Notes: a model not told the origin generated them from the letters alone. Positions 20,044-30,553 are shown, numbered from the stretch's first letter. The stretch: 64,000 bases of DNA from Candidatus Marinacidobacterales bacterium (GCA_965219415.1 CBDCNP010000002.1:3808001-3872000); one strand, 5' to 3'. A program made the numbers and translations.

Positions 20044-21678
20044 CTATTGAATCGTGACCATCGCCGGAGAGGAGCATGACTCGTTGCCGGCCGCGTCAGT
20101 GGCGCAGATCCGGTAGGTCAGCGTCTCCGCCGATGGGGTTTCGATCCCTGCTCGCCAGAGGAATTCTCCGTACCAAATCATCGGCAGCTCACCGGTCTGG
20201 CTGTCTGCCGTCCAGCGCACGACAACGGATTGCCAATCGTGAGGCATGGTGGGGCTCTTGTTGTCGTGGACTCGGGCGCGAATGCTCAGCGTCGCACCGA
20301 CTTCGGAACTCTTGATCTCTTCTACGAGGGATATGACAGGCGGTGCTGTGTCGACCGGGATATTCGTGCCCAAATACACTTTGTCCTCGAAAGCACCTTG
20401 GTCGATCTTCGCGATCGTCTCGCCCTGCGCCTGAACGACGTCGAGTCTGTGATCCCCGTTCAGATCGGCAACGGCGTGGTGAAGCGTTCCGTCGGTGGGC
20501 CTGCCGCCGTAAAAGACATCCGGGGCCTGCCGCAAATACCCTACGCCGTCGTTGAGAAGAAGCCGGTCGGGACCGGTCAGGGATGCTATGAGCACATCGG
20601 CGTCCCCATCGGAATCGTAGTCGAGATAGACGGCAACGTTGTCGTCGTAGCCGGGGTTTTCCTCATCCGGCCAGTGGGTCGGAGAGACGTCGACGAATCC
20701 CCCACTCCCGTCGTTGAGAAAGATGTGCTGGCGGTGAGTGTACCTACCTAACCCTCCGGAAGCTTCTCCGTCATTGATGGTTATCAGGTCAAGAAACTCG
20801 TCCCCGTTTAGATCGATCGCCTCGAAGTCGTAATTGTTCTGGTACTGCGGGAGTTTTTCCCTCGAAACGTCGGTGAATCTCCCGTTCCCGTCATTCTCGA
20901 AAAGGAGGCTGCTCGCGTTGAAACGGGCGGTCACGAGCACATCGAGGTCGTAGTCGTTATCGACGTCCACCAGCTCACACTCCCAGGCGAGCTTAGCCGA
21001 GACGGGGGGCATCCGGTCCTCGGTCGCATCCTTGAAATGGCCGCTTCCGTCGTTGAGCCAAAGCATCGACCGCCCGCCATCGTTCTCTGCCGGGTCTCCC
21101 AGCCCCCAATCGGACAACAACACGTCCAGGTCACCGTCGCCGTCCACATCTCCGAGCTCGAGGTCCGAAACACTCGCTTTCAACTGAGGGAGGTGACCGG
21201 CAGTGACATCGGTAAAGCCTCCTTTGCCGTCTCCCAGATAGAGCCTGCTCTGATCCTGGAACACCGTTCCGATGATGATGTCCGGATTGCCGTCCGAGTT
21301 GATGTCTCGTGCCTTGATGACGCGCGAAAGCCATCGCTGGTCACCATAGATCGATTCGCTTGCATCGGTGAACGTGTTGCCCGGCCCTTGGTTTAGATAG
21401 ACACGGCTCATCGTCGGGTCCAGGGGTTCATGGTTTGTGCCGCCCATGGCAAAAAGCAGATCGGGTAAACGGTCCCCGTTCAGGTCGGCGATATCGACCC
21501 GGTTCGTCCAGTACTCGGTGACACCGATGGTTTCTGCAGTGGCATCTTTCCAGAGGTCGGCAGGGAGCTCCTCGATGCTTTGCCGCGCCGGTTCGGCAGC
21601 ACACCCGACCATAGCGCCCAGCATCAAGGAAACACCGCTTAGAAGCACGTATGTGTGAGTTATTTTTCTCATCGTCAA
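20044..21678 (-). CDS. FG-GAP/VCBS-repeat lipoprotein
   Basis: Lipobox MVGC; multiple DxNGDxxxD calcium-binding repeats. Confidence 0.85.
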   Translation of the reverse strand: MTMRKITHTYVLLSGVSLMLGAMVGCAAEPARQSIEELPADLWKDATAETIGVTEYWTNRVDIADLNGDRLPDLLFAMGGTNHEPLDPTMSRVYLNQGPGNTFTDASESIYGDQRWLSRVIKARDINSDGNPDIIIGTVFQDQSRLYLGDGKGGFTDVTAGHLPQLKASVSDLELGDVDGDGDLDVLLSDWGLGDPAENDGGRSMLWLNDGSGHFKDATEDRMPPVSAKLAWECELVDVDNDYDLDVLVTARFNASSLLFENDGNGRFTDVSREKLPQYQNNYDFEAIDLNGDEFLDLITINDGEASGGLGRYTHRQHIFLNDGSGGFVDVSPTHWPDEENPGYDDNVAVYLDYDSDGDADVLIASLTGPDRLLLNDGVGYLRQAPDVFYGGRPTDGTLHHAVADLNGDHRLDVVQAQGETIAKIDQGAFEDKVYLGTNIPVDTAPPVISLVEEIKSSEVGATLSIRARVHDNKSPTMPHDWQSVVVRWTADSQTGELPMIWYGEFLWRAGIETPSAETLTYRICATDAAGNESCSSPAMVTIQ

Positions 21679-21719
21679 GGCAAAAGGCTGTCTAGAGCTC
21701 CCCTGTACGATTTGCGAAT

Positions 21720-23198
21720 CTATTTGATGAGATAAAGCTCCTTTTGCGAAGGAGAAAAATACTCGATCCCACTTTCGGTGGCAATCGCCTGCTCATGATT
21801 CCAAAAGAGCAAATATTGGTCTTTGCTTTCGTTGGAAGTAGGCGACGGCATATAGAAAAAATATTCTATGACGAATTGGTGATTGGGTGAGAGGGGTATG
21901 TCATGAGTCCAATCCGGACCATAAGAACCCATCCTGGGGCCAAACATATTGCTATGCTTCCTCTCACGCGCTCCTTTTCCATAGCCATGGAGGTCGATAG
22001 AAAGCAGGGTTTTTTCAAGATCAAGACCTATGGAATAAACGGGGAAATTGTTCTTTGGCTGAAACATATGCAATTGGGGATCCACAACGATAATCCCTTC
22101 AGCATCAAATTGCCGCTTGTAGTTTTGCATTATCTCACGAGGGGTAAGTCCCGCCCTCACGGTCTCTGCAAAAATCTCGTCGATTTTCAGATATTCTGCC
22201 CAGAGTTCCTTGATTTCTGGAGGCGGTTCCGTCTCTCCGTCACGGAGCACATAGGCGTACATTCCCTGGCTTGGTGCTGCAACGATGTCGCCACCCTGGA
22301 CCACACTGTTTTCCCAGCCTGCACTTCTTCCCCTTTGCGATAATCCTGTGCTCATGCGACGAAAGACAACTACATCCGCCTCATAATCCCCGGTTTCACC
22401 CACCTCGCGAGTTTTGGTTACACCAGGCTTGATTCCAGTAAAGGCTTTCTCTACAAGTTCAACTTCGTCCTTACGGAGTTTCTTGAGCAGTTCAATTTCG
22501 CTCGGCGCCGTTCTCTTAATGTAATCCATCATCACATATTCAGAGGAGACGAGCCTCTTGGCATATTTATCTCCGAGCTCTTGGGTCAATAAGAGGTAGT
22601 CTGTATGCGAAATGCCGTCTTGTGCCCTACTGGAAGTCGCCCACGTTCCCAGGTTTTCCCTGTAATTTACAGCAATACGTTTGGGGTCGCGCGCTTCAAC
22701 AAATTCTCTGAGGCCCTTAAATCGGTAATCATATTCTGTCATCGGGCTTGCTACCGGTTCCCCCACAAAAACTGGCTCGTGGATTATGTCGTAGGCTCCA
22801 CTTTCTTCAACCAACGTCTTTCCCGCTCTGCCCTTTCACGCTGTGTAGCTCCCCAGCGACGTCCGAGAACGGCGCATTCGATCTTGTCATCGCCACGGTC
22901 CGTGAAGACGAAAACACCCGAGGTACTGCCCAGCTCTTCTGCACCAAAGGGATCAGGAATTGCCACTCTCATCACATGAATCCACATGTCGATATTGTTC
23001 TCTCTCATGGCTGGGGGCAGATCGAGATCAAACTTTTCCAGGCGAATCTGATTGTTCCATTCCTTCATGCTGGAGTTCTTCCTGAGCCTGTGCTGTGGCT
23101 TGAACCTGAGCAGAAAGGCCGACCAATAGAAACAGGTACAAAAAGCTCAACGAAGTCGTCCGTGAACTCAACAAAATTTTCTGTTTCTTTTTCACCAT
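21720..23198 (-). CDS. Secreted M24 (Xaa-Pro aminopeptidase-like) family protein; apparent frameshifts at ~23070 and ~22810
   Basis: Signal peptide from ATG 23198; EKFDLDLPPAMRENNIDMWI, RDPKRIAVN, DGISHTDY, AYVLRDGETEPP. Confidence 0.65.
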
Positions 23199-23374
23199 TA
23201 CCTCCATGACTGCTAGGCGTATCTAGCACGACGCACTTGCACCGTGCAACTTGTTCACCCGAAGTAGCTGACCGGGCCATCCTTTCGAGTTGTTACTTTT
23301 GGTTACTCGGTATCTGGACCGAGTAGGTCACAGAACCCTACAATTGCTATCATTAGTGTTCTAAGAGAGCCGTT

Positions 23375-23773
23375 ATGCCCGAACGCGTTGCGTTAGTCGT
23401 TGCAGCCGGCGTGCTGTCGGTCGACGGAAAGATCCTGGTCGCTCGACGCAAAGCCGGTACGCATTTGGAACGCCGGTGGGAGTTTCCGGGTGGCAAGCTC
23501 GAGCCCGGAGAGGCCCCCAAGGAGTGTTTGATCCGCGAGTTTCGCGAAGAGCTCGACGTCGGGATCGAAGTCGGTGAAGTCTTAGAAGTGATCTTTCATC
23601 GCTATCCAGAACGCAACGTCCTTTTGCTGCTCTACGCCTGCCGGCTCGTCGAGGGAGAGCCTCGTGCCATCGGCTGTGAAAAACTGCTGTGGCTAGAAAA
23701 GAAAGAACTCGAGCGCTTGGACTGGGTCCCCGCCGATCGCGCCTTCGTACGCCGCCTCGCCTCCGAAGGCTGA
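23375..23773 (+). CDS. mutT: 8-oxo-dGTP diphosphatase, NUDIX hydrolase
   Basis: WEFPGGKLEPGEAPKECLIREFREEL Nudix box; C-terminal PAD motif. Confidence 0.88.
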   Translation: MPERVALVVAAGVLSVDGKILVARRKAGTHLERRWEFPGGKLEPGEAPKECLIREFREELDVGIEVGEVLEVIFHRYPERNVLLLLYACRLVEGEPRAIGCEKLLWLEKKELERLDWVPADRAFVRRLASEG

Positions 23774-23852
23774 GAACAACTTTCGTAGTAGGAACTATCA
23801 CCGGCGGCACCGATTCCTCTTTGACCAGGGCGTCGAATTCCGCGAGCTCCGT
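23701..23852 (+). repeat. ~150-bp direct repeat, copy 1 (mutT 3' end plus 3' end of the convergent BNR/VPS10 gene)
   Basis: Aligns colinearly with 26111..26262 with scattered mismatches; adjacent 23856..23900 matches internal BNR sequence 27213..27256. Confidence 0.92.
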
Positions 23853-23900
23853 TTCGCATGTCGGTGAAAGGAGTAAGCGGCAAGTTGAGCTGCCAGAGAT

Positions 23901-23978
23901 AGGGAGGTCCTCGAGCGACGCGCTCAGGCCGATGGCGAGGATGAGGGCGGAAACCGTAACTTTCAGAACGACAAGCAC
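23901..23978 (-). pseudogene. N-terminal fragment of a membrane transporter (bile acid:sodium symporter-like)
   Basis: LVVLKVTVSALILAIGLSASLEDL, truncated at the BNR remnant. Confidence 0.35.
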
Positions 23979-23988
23979 AAAGCTGTCT

Positions 23989-24895
23989 CTACAAGGTGAG
24001 CACCAGCGAGAACTTCACTACCGTGTCCAGCTTCTTCCTAGGTACCACGGCGGATCCGATTTGGATGCCACCGTTGCTCGGGTCGAGATCGAACAAGTCG
24101 ATCTCTTCCAAGGTCGGAGAGTTCTGATACAGCAACTGAAGCGAAAAACGTAAGGCCAGGACCGAGGTGACGTTGGTGGCCACCGCGTTGATGGTGTTGA
24201 AGCGATTGTCGCTCGCGTCACTCCCGTAGACGAAGAAGATGAAATCGCTGTCGAAGCGGGTGTTCTCTACGAACTGGTGCATATATTCCCAAGAGAGACG
24301 GACTTCCGAGAGGTTCGCGTCCCGCTCGGGATCCTCGATCTCGTCGATACGTCGCGTATAGGTGATCGTATAGTCGGTCTTGAACCGGAGGTGATCATCG
24401 TCTCTCCAGGGGTTGTCGACACCGGCGTAAACGACCGTCCGGTTCTCGATGCCGGCGTTGGAATCACGGTCCCACCCCGCGCCGGCCACCCAGAACCACC
24501 GCTCCGTGATATCTCGGTCGTACCTTCCCGACAAGTAGTACCGCTCGACGTCGAGCTCCCGTGAATCGTCCTCGATGATCTGAAAATCATCCGGCGTCCC
24601 TATGGCGAACGGATCGTCCCACGGTCCCCGTTCTTAGCGCACCGCCGCGGAACGAAAGCTCCGCATTACTCCAAGCGCGAGTCAGCAAGTCGTCGAACGT
24701 TAATGTCGAGGTCGAAGAGTTCCCCGACGTGCGGACGAACCCGAAATCGGCGGCGTTGGACCAGCCGAGCTTCCTCTCTTCGTCGCGGTTCGGCTGGTCG
24801 GTCGCGATCTGGGCCCGGGCCTGGAGAGCCCAACCGAACGCAAGAACGGTTAAAAGCATGAAGCGCCTAACTCTCCTCATCCGACTTGCTTTCAA
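23989..24895 (-). CDS. DUF481 / YdiY-like outer-membrane beta-barrel protein; frameshift at ~24620 (extra G)
   Basis: Signal peptide, WSNAADFGFVRTSGNSST, WDRDSNAGI, C-terminal DTVVKFSLVLTL. Confidence 0.75.
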
Positions 24896-24904
24896 CCGAT
24901 CCCC

Positions 24905-25268
24905 TCAGGCCGAGCTATCCTCCCCAACCCGATACAGGTGGACGTCCCGCTGCGGGAAGGGAATGCCGATGCCCGCCTCGTCCAGCGCAGTTTTCACGGC
25001 ACGAATCGTCGCCTCCTTGACGGATAGGAAGTCCGCCTTCGACGCCCACACCCGCACTTGCCAATCTACCGAGGAAGCGCCGAGCCCGGTCAAGACGACT
25101 TGGATGTCCCTTTCCGAGGATCGACCGGGGACGTTGGAGGCGGCCCGCTCCAGTACGTCTCGGGTGCGGTCGACGCTCGCGGTGTAGTCGACCCCAACGT
25201 CGACGTCCGCGCGGCGAATGGAATGGTGCGAGACGTTCTCGATAGTAGTGCCGAAGACGGAACCCTTG
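24905..25268 (-). pseudogene. C-terminal fragment of an MscS small mechanosensitive channel
   Basis: IENVSH..RRADVDVGVDY, LGASSVDWQVRVW, GIGIPFPQRDVH; TM N-terminus absent, replaced by an intron remnant. Confidence 0.8.
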
Positions 25269-25269
25269 A

Positions 25270-25434
25270 TGAGAAGTGTGCAAGAGCGCGTAGTGCGAGA
25301 AATCCGCATGCTGCGTGCGACGTGGTGGGCGCTGGAAACGGGCTCACGGTGTGGCTAGTGAGGCACTCCCAGAGGAAATGGGGAGCAATGGATAGGCCAC
25401 CCCTATTTGGTACCGCGCCAGCCCTCGACCCAAC
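25270..25434 (+). mobile_element. Group II intron 3' remnant (domains V and VI), no RT gene
   Basis: Domain V-like GAGCGCGTAGTGCGAGAAATCCGCATGCTGCGTGCGAC; domain VI GCTGGAAAC...ACCGCGCCAGCCCTCGACCCAAC ending in AC. Confidence 0.8.
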
Positions 25435-25472
25435 CAGGCAGTCATCAACTTGCGGACGTTTTCGTAGACCGA

Positions 25473-25758
25473 TTAGCCCTTCGCCATCGCGTTCTTGATG
25501 AGTCCGATGATGGCGAGGAGGACTCCCCCACCGACACCGGACCCGGCGACGTTACCAATGATGTTGCCGATATCCATTGCGGAACCGCCGCCACCACCCA
25601 GAACGCCGAGGGCGCCGAGTATCTGTCCTCCCAGACCGCCGCCCACGATCCCGACAACGGAGTTCAACAAAGTGCCTAAGCTAAGATTCTTCATCAGGGC
25701 ACCGGCCACGTTACCACCGACCGCACCGCCGATAAGGTTTCATGATTAAGCTTTCCAT
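25473..25758 (-). CDS. Small Gly-rich membrane protein; apparent frameshift at ~25740
   Basis: MESLIM/NLIGGAVGGNVAGALMKNLSLGTLLNSVVGIVGGGLGG; RBS GGAGG upstream. Confidence 0.7.
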
Positions 25759-26026
25759 TTAACATTCCTCCCAAATGAATGAAGGGCGCTGATACATCAT
25801 ATTACTGTCACGAGGTCAACGGTCACCCCCGCGGTCGCTAGCGACCCAGCGTTCCCGCCAAACACGACGACATTGAGGAAGGCTTGAAGCATCGCGTTTT
25901 CACACGCGGACGGATTTCGATGAAGGCGGTGGGAGTGTCTGTGTCCGTCGAGATGTGAATGTGAAGAGCCACTCCAGCCGTCTCGTGTCGGGGTATCGAA
26001 CGAGTGGCGTGGTCGGAAGCCAGTGG

Positions 26027-26116
26027 CTAGGGCTCGGGTGGCGAGCGCAATTCGCTGTTTCGCTTTTCGAGATGAGCCAAGATTTTGCGGATCACCTTAT
26101 GCTCGGTAATGAAGGA
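26027..26116 (-). pseudogene. C-terminal remnant of an IS91/ISCR-like (Y2) transposase
   Basis: Translates as SFITEHKVIRKILAHLEKRNSELRSPPEP*, matching the typical 'FITEP.VI.KIL.HL...R.PP' C-terminus. Confidence 0.65.
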
Positions 26117-26262
26117 ACTCGAGCGCCTGGACTGCGTCCCCGCCGATCGCGCCTTCGTACGCCGCCTCGCCTCCGAAGGCTGAGAACGTCTTACGTAGTA
26201 GGAACTATCACCGGCGGCACCGCTTCCTCCTTGACGAGGGTGTTGAAATCCGCGAGCTCCGT
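26111..26262 (+). repeat. ~150-bp direct repeat, copy 2 (orphan mutT 3' end plus BNR gene 3' end)
   Basis: Aligns with 23701..23852. Confidence 0.92.
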
Positions 26263-29200
26263 CGCGGTGACTTTCTCGAGAGCGCTCAAATGCTCTGACA
26301 GCTCCGCCTTCAGCTCCTCGTATCGATCATACGAGCCATCGGTCGGCTTGGCCTCGGAGCCGATCACAATGCCGTACAAGTAAACGATTTGATTGTCTAA
26401 CATCGGCGGGAAGTTGAGCGGATCCTGATTGCTTTCCAACTTGGTTTGATAGAGTTTTTCCTCGATGGCAGTTAGCGCTTCGCTCACCCGTTTTGCCGCT
26501 TCTTGGATATTGTCTCCGCGGCCTGCTTTGCTCAAACGCTCCGCCAAGTCGTCGACCTGTTTGCGCGTCTCCCGTATCCGTGTCACCGCTTCATGGGCGT
26601 CGACCACCAAGGCTCGGATCTTCATTGCCAAGTCGAACTGCTCTTGGAAGTCTTCCTGCGTCGTTGCAAGCCGGGGATCCTTCTTCACTTCGAAGGTCCG
26701 AGTAGCCGTCCACTCGCCGATCGTCATCCTCACCTTGTACGTCCCGGGTACGGCTCGGGGGCCCTGTTTGGTACCCCAAATAATGGCCCCTTCGGTCACC
26801 TCCGTCTCCGGGTAGCGCAAGTCCCAAACAAATCGGCTCATCCCCGCATCGGTTGAAACCTTTTCCTCTCGTCCTTCATCGAAGAAAGTCTCAGGCTCTG
26901 CCTCCTCTTCCTCGGTGCTGGAAAACGACCGCACGACCTCGTCGGCAGCGTCGAGGATGTCCAGAGTGACCTCCTCCTCCGCTGAGTTCTCCAGATAGTA
27001 GTAGACGGCTGCCCCGTTCGGTGGATTCTCGCCGATCCCGGAGCGACGCCGGGTGCGGCCGGCACGTCCCATACGGTACGTATCCCGAGTAGAGAATAAA
27101 AAGGCTTCGATGCCCGTCACTTCGTTCGTCAGCTGCTGCAGCGTCGTGAGATCGTCGAGGATCCAAAACGACCTACCTTGGGTCGCAACGACCAAGTCGC
27201 CATCCTTCACTTGCATGTCGGTGATGGGAGTAACGGGCAAGTTGAGCTGCAGGGATTGCCAGGTTTGGCCATCATTGAAGGAAACGTACATTCCGAACTC
27301 GGTCCCGGCGTAGAGCAGGCCTTGACGACTCGGGTCCTCTCTCACCACGCGAACGAAGTGGTTCGACGGGATCCCGTTTCGGCCGTTGGTAAGAAGCTCC
27401 CAGGTGGCGCCGAAATCATTGGTCCTGAAGATGTACGGACGAAAGTCATCCGTCTTGTATCGCGTTACCGCCACGAAAGCGCATCCCGGAGAGAACACGG
27501 AGAGCTCGAGCATATTGACCTGGCCCCACTCCGGCATCGCCTCGGGTGTGATGTCTGCCCAGTTCGACCCGCCGTCCCGCGAGAGTTGCACCAGGCCGTC
27601 GTCGGTACCGACCCAAAGAAGTCCCGCTTGATCCGAAGATTCCTCCAGAGCAAAAACGGTCCCATAGACCTCGACGCCGGTGTTGTCCCACGTTAGGGGG
27701 CCTCCGGAATAGTCTTGTTTCTCCTTGTCGTTGCGCGTCAAATCTGGACTGATAACCTCCCAGCTCTGGCCCTCGTTGGTCGACTTATGAACCACGTTCG
27801 AAGCGTGATAGAGCACTTCGGGATCGTGCGGTGAAATCCGAATCGGGGCGTTCCACTGGAAGCGATACTTCATATCGCGCGGAGCATGCCCTAACTGGAG
27901 CTGCGGATAGTCAAGGATGTTGCGTCGATAGCCGGTCCGGTGGTCGTAACGGGTGATCGTCCCGCCATAGCTTCCCGCGTAGACGATGTTGGTATCCCGT
28001 GGGTCCACCGCGATGTGGCCGCTCTCGCCTCCGCCCACCGGGTACCAGTGCTGGATGGTGATGCCTCCGGAGGCGGTGCGGCTCGGGATGGAAACGGTCG
28101 AGTTGTCCTGCTGGGCACCGTAAACGCGGTAGGGAAACTGATCGTCGACAATGACTCGATAAAACTCGGCCGTGGGTTGATTGGTTTGCGTCGACCACGT
28201 CTTTCCGCCGTTGAACGAAACGTTGGCTCCCCCATCGTTGCTATTGATGAGAATCTTCGGATTTTTCGGATTGAGCCATAGATCGTGGTTATCCCCATGC
28301 GGCACCGGTATCGCCTCGAACGTTTTGCCGCCGTCCACGGATTTGTAGAGAGCGGTGTTGAGTGCATAGACGGTGTTTTCGTCTAGTGAATCGGCATAGA
28401 CGTGCGTGTAGTACCAGGCTCGTTGTCGATGTTTACGATCCTTGTTGATGAGTCGGAACGTCTCCCCGCTGTCATCGGAGCGGAACATGCCGCCTTCCTC
28501 CGCTTCGATGAGCGTCCAAACGCGTTCCGGGTTGGCCGGTGATACCGCCACCGCAATGCGGCCGGTCATGCCTTGGGGCAGTCCCTCCGTCAATTCGGTC
28601 CAGTCGTCTCCACCATCAGTGCTCTTATAGAGACCGCCATCCTCGCCCCCGCTGATGAGTGCCCATGGCTTTCGGGCCACGCGCCAGATCGCGGCGTAGA
28701 GAATCCTCGGGTTCCGCGCGTCCATCGCCAGATCGACGGCTCCCGCCTGGTCGCTCACGAAGAGAACCTTCTCCCAGCTCGTGCCTCCGTCGCGGGACCG
28801 AAAGACGCCGCGTTCTTCGTTGGGTCCGAAGATGTGGCCGAGCGCCGCGACGTAAACGAGATCCGGATCTTTAGGATGGACTCGAATGCGACCGACCTGC
28901 CCTGCCTCGCGAAGACCGATGTGGGTCCAGGTCTTGCCGGCATCGGTGGAGCGATAGACCCCATCACCCGGCGACACGTTCCCCCTCGGGCATGCGGAGC
29001 CCGTGCCGACGTAAACGACGTTGGGATCCGACTCGGCAACTGCGATGGCCCCGATGGAACCGCTACCGAAAAAAGTATCGGAGACATTGGTCCACGTCTC
29101 GCCCGCGTCGGTGGTCTTCCAGACGCCTCCACCGGTTGCGCCCATATAGTAAGTCTCGGGATCGGACGGGACGCCAGTGACCGCTGTCACGCGCCCGCCA

Positions 29201-29346
29201 CGAAAGGGTCCGATGTTTCGATACTGAAGCGCACTGAAGAGCGCCGGGTCGTGGGTCGGCGGCACGTCGGCTTCTGGTGCCGTCGACCATGCGATCGATG
29301 CGGAGAGAAGGGGTAACGACACCCAGATCGAGATCCATTTCTTCAT
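26191..29346 (-). CDS. Secreted BNR/Asp-box (VPS10/sortilin-like) beta-propeller glycosyl hydrolase-like protein
   Basis: Signal peptide, RNIGPFRGGR, repeated SxDxGxTW Asp-boxes, 1051 aa. Confidence 0.9.
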   Translation of the reverse strand: MKKWISIWVSLPLLSASIAWSTAPEADVPPTHDPALFSALQYRNIGPFRGGRVTAVTGVPSDPETYYMGATGGGVWKTTDAGETWTNVSDTFFGSGSIGAIAVAESDPNVVYVGTGSACPRGNVSPGDGVYRSTDAGKTWTHIGLREAGQVGRIRVHPKDPDLVYVAALGHIFGPNEERGVFRSRDGGTSWEKVLFVSDQAGAVDLAMDARNPRILYAAIWRVARKPWALISGGEDGGLYKSTDGGDDWTELTEGLPQGMTGRIAVAVSPANPERVWTLIEAEEGGMFRSDDSGETFRLINKDRKHRQRAWYYTHVYADSLDENTVYALNTALYKSVDGGKTFEAIPVPHGDNHDLWLNPKNPKILINSNDGGANVSFNGGKTWSTQTNQPTAEFYRVIVDDQFPYRVYGAQQDNSTVSIPSRTASGGITIQHWYPVGGGESGHIAVDPRDTNIVYAGSYGGTITRYDHRTGYRRNILDYPQLQLGHAPRDMKYRFQWNAPIRISPHDPEVLYHASNVVHKSTNEGQSWEVISPDLTRNDKEKQDYSGGPLTWDNTGVEVYGTVFALEESSDQAGLLWVGTDDGLVQLSRDGGSNWADITPEAMPEWGQVNMLELSVFSPGCAFVAVTRYKTDDFRPYIFRTNDFGATWELLTNGRNGIPSNHFVRVVREDPSRQGLLYAGTEFGMYVSFNDGQTWQSLQLNLPVTPITDMQVKDGDLVVATQGRSFWILDDLTTLQQLTNEVTGIEAFLFSTRDTYRMGRAGRTRRRSGIGENPPNGAAVYYYLENSAEEEVTLDILDAADEVVRSFSSTEEEEAEPETFFDEGREEKVSTDAGMSRFVWDLRYPETEVTEGAIIWGTKQGPRAVPGTYKVRMTIGEWTATRTFEVKKDPRLATTQEDFQEQFDLAMKIRALVVDAHEAVTRIRETRKQVDDLAERLSKAGRGDNIQEAAKRVSEALTAIEEKLYQTKLESNQDPLNFPPMLDNQIVYLYGIVIGSEAKPTDGSYDRYEELKAELSEHLSALEKVTATELADFNTLVKEEAVPPVIVPTT

Positions 29347-29412
29347 AGTACGACTCCCTTACATAAGACGAGCTCAGCTGGCTAGCTCGGGGTGTATCAG
29401 AAAACCCCCCGC

Positions 29413-30553
29413 TTAGGAAGCGACGATGATGCGGGGTAGGAAAGGGTTAATTCGGGCCAGAACCTCATAGGGGATGGTCCCGGTCTTCTCGGCGAGCTCT
29501 TCCACAGCGATCTCTGCCTCGCCTTGCTTTCCGATCAGAACGACCTCGTCGCCAACAGAGGCCCCGGTCGCGGTTACGTCCAAAACGACCATGTTCATCG
29601 CCACCCTTCCTACCATCGGAGCCGGTTGCCCGCGGACCAGCGCGCGCCCGGAATTGGAAAGCCTCCCATCGAGTCCCGTCGTAGTAGCCGACGGGGATCA
29701 CCGCTACCTGCATAGGTCGTGTTACTTCGTACGTGAGGCCGTAGCCGATGAAATCGCCCGCCGCCACGTCCTTGATCTGAGCGATGCGCGTCTTCCAGGT
29801 CAGAACCGGCTGCAGCGAGATCTGCTTGCCGCGCTCGCGGAATGCGAGCCGAGTCTCTCGGGAAGGCCAAACTCCGTAAGCGCCGATTCCGACTCTCACC
29901 ATGCTGAAATGAGTTTCGGGATAGAGGAGAGCTCCCGCCGTTGCCGCGGCGTGAATGAGACGCGGCTCGATGCCAGCGCGTTCCGTGATCTCGAGGGCCT
30001 CACGAAATCGTCGAAGCTGGAGCTCGGCGAAGGAAGGATTCAACGTGTCTTCGATGTTCGCAAAATGCGTGTACATTCCTTCGACCCGGAGGCCCGACAG
30101 CTTGTCCATCTCTCCCGAGAAAGCTTCCAGCTCCGAGACCGGAACTCCCAATCGGTGAGTGCCCGTCTCTATTTTGATGTGTGCCAGCGCGGTGCGATTC
30201 GCTTCGCGACCCGCTTCGGAGAGACTCTCGGCTGAGTCGATCCGAAAAACCACCTGGTGGAAACCGTGGCCGACCACTTCCCCGGCCCGGCTCTCCGGGG
30301 TGTAACCGAAAATGGCTATCGGCTTTCCGATACCCAGACGATGAAGCGCCAAGGCTTCATCCAGAGAGTTTACGCCGAGCCAATTGGCCTCCTCGGCGAC
30401 GAGCGGTGCGACTTCCGAAAGGCCATGACCGTAAGCATTCGCTTTCACGACGACCATGAGAGCACACTCAGGATCCATCAAATCTCTGAAGGCACCGACG
30501 TTCGCGCGCAAGCGTTGGCGATCGATCTCGATCCAAGAAGTGGCTTGAGTCAA
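29413..30553 (-). CDS. alr: Alanine racemase; single extra G at ~29675 (probable sequencing error)
   Basis: VVKANAYGHG PLP-Lys motif, HIKIETG, IGYG, GYYDG, VGRVAMN, TIPYEVL. Confidence 0.92.

Noticed and set aside
23341-23354. AATTGCTATC as an IS91 oriIS end
   Set aside because: Better explained as an extended -10 (TGnTATCAT) for mutT; it is also present in the ancestral copy at 18770.
23373-23978. 201-aa minus-strand ORF as a real gene
   Set aside because: A chimera of a transporter stub, BNR remnants and antisense mutT.
25833-25846. Perfect 14-bp palindrome GGTCGCTAGCGACC
   Set aside because: Isolated, with no second copy or associated feature; may be chance.
20044-29346. Repeated short motifs as a CRISPR-like or nucleotide repeat array
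   Set aside because: They are protein-level FG-GAP and Asp-box repeats with synonymous variation; there is no regular repeat-spacer structure and no cas genes.
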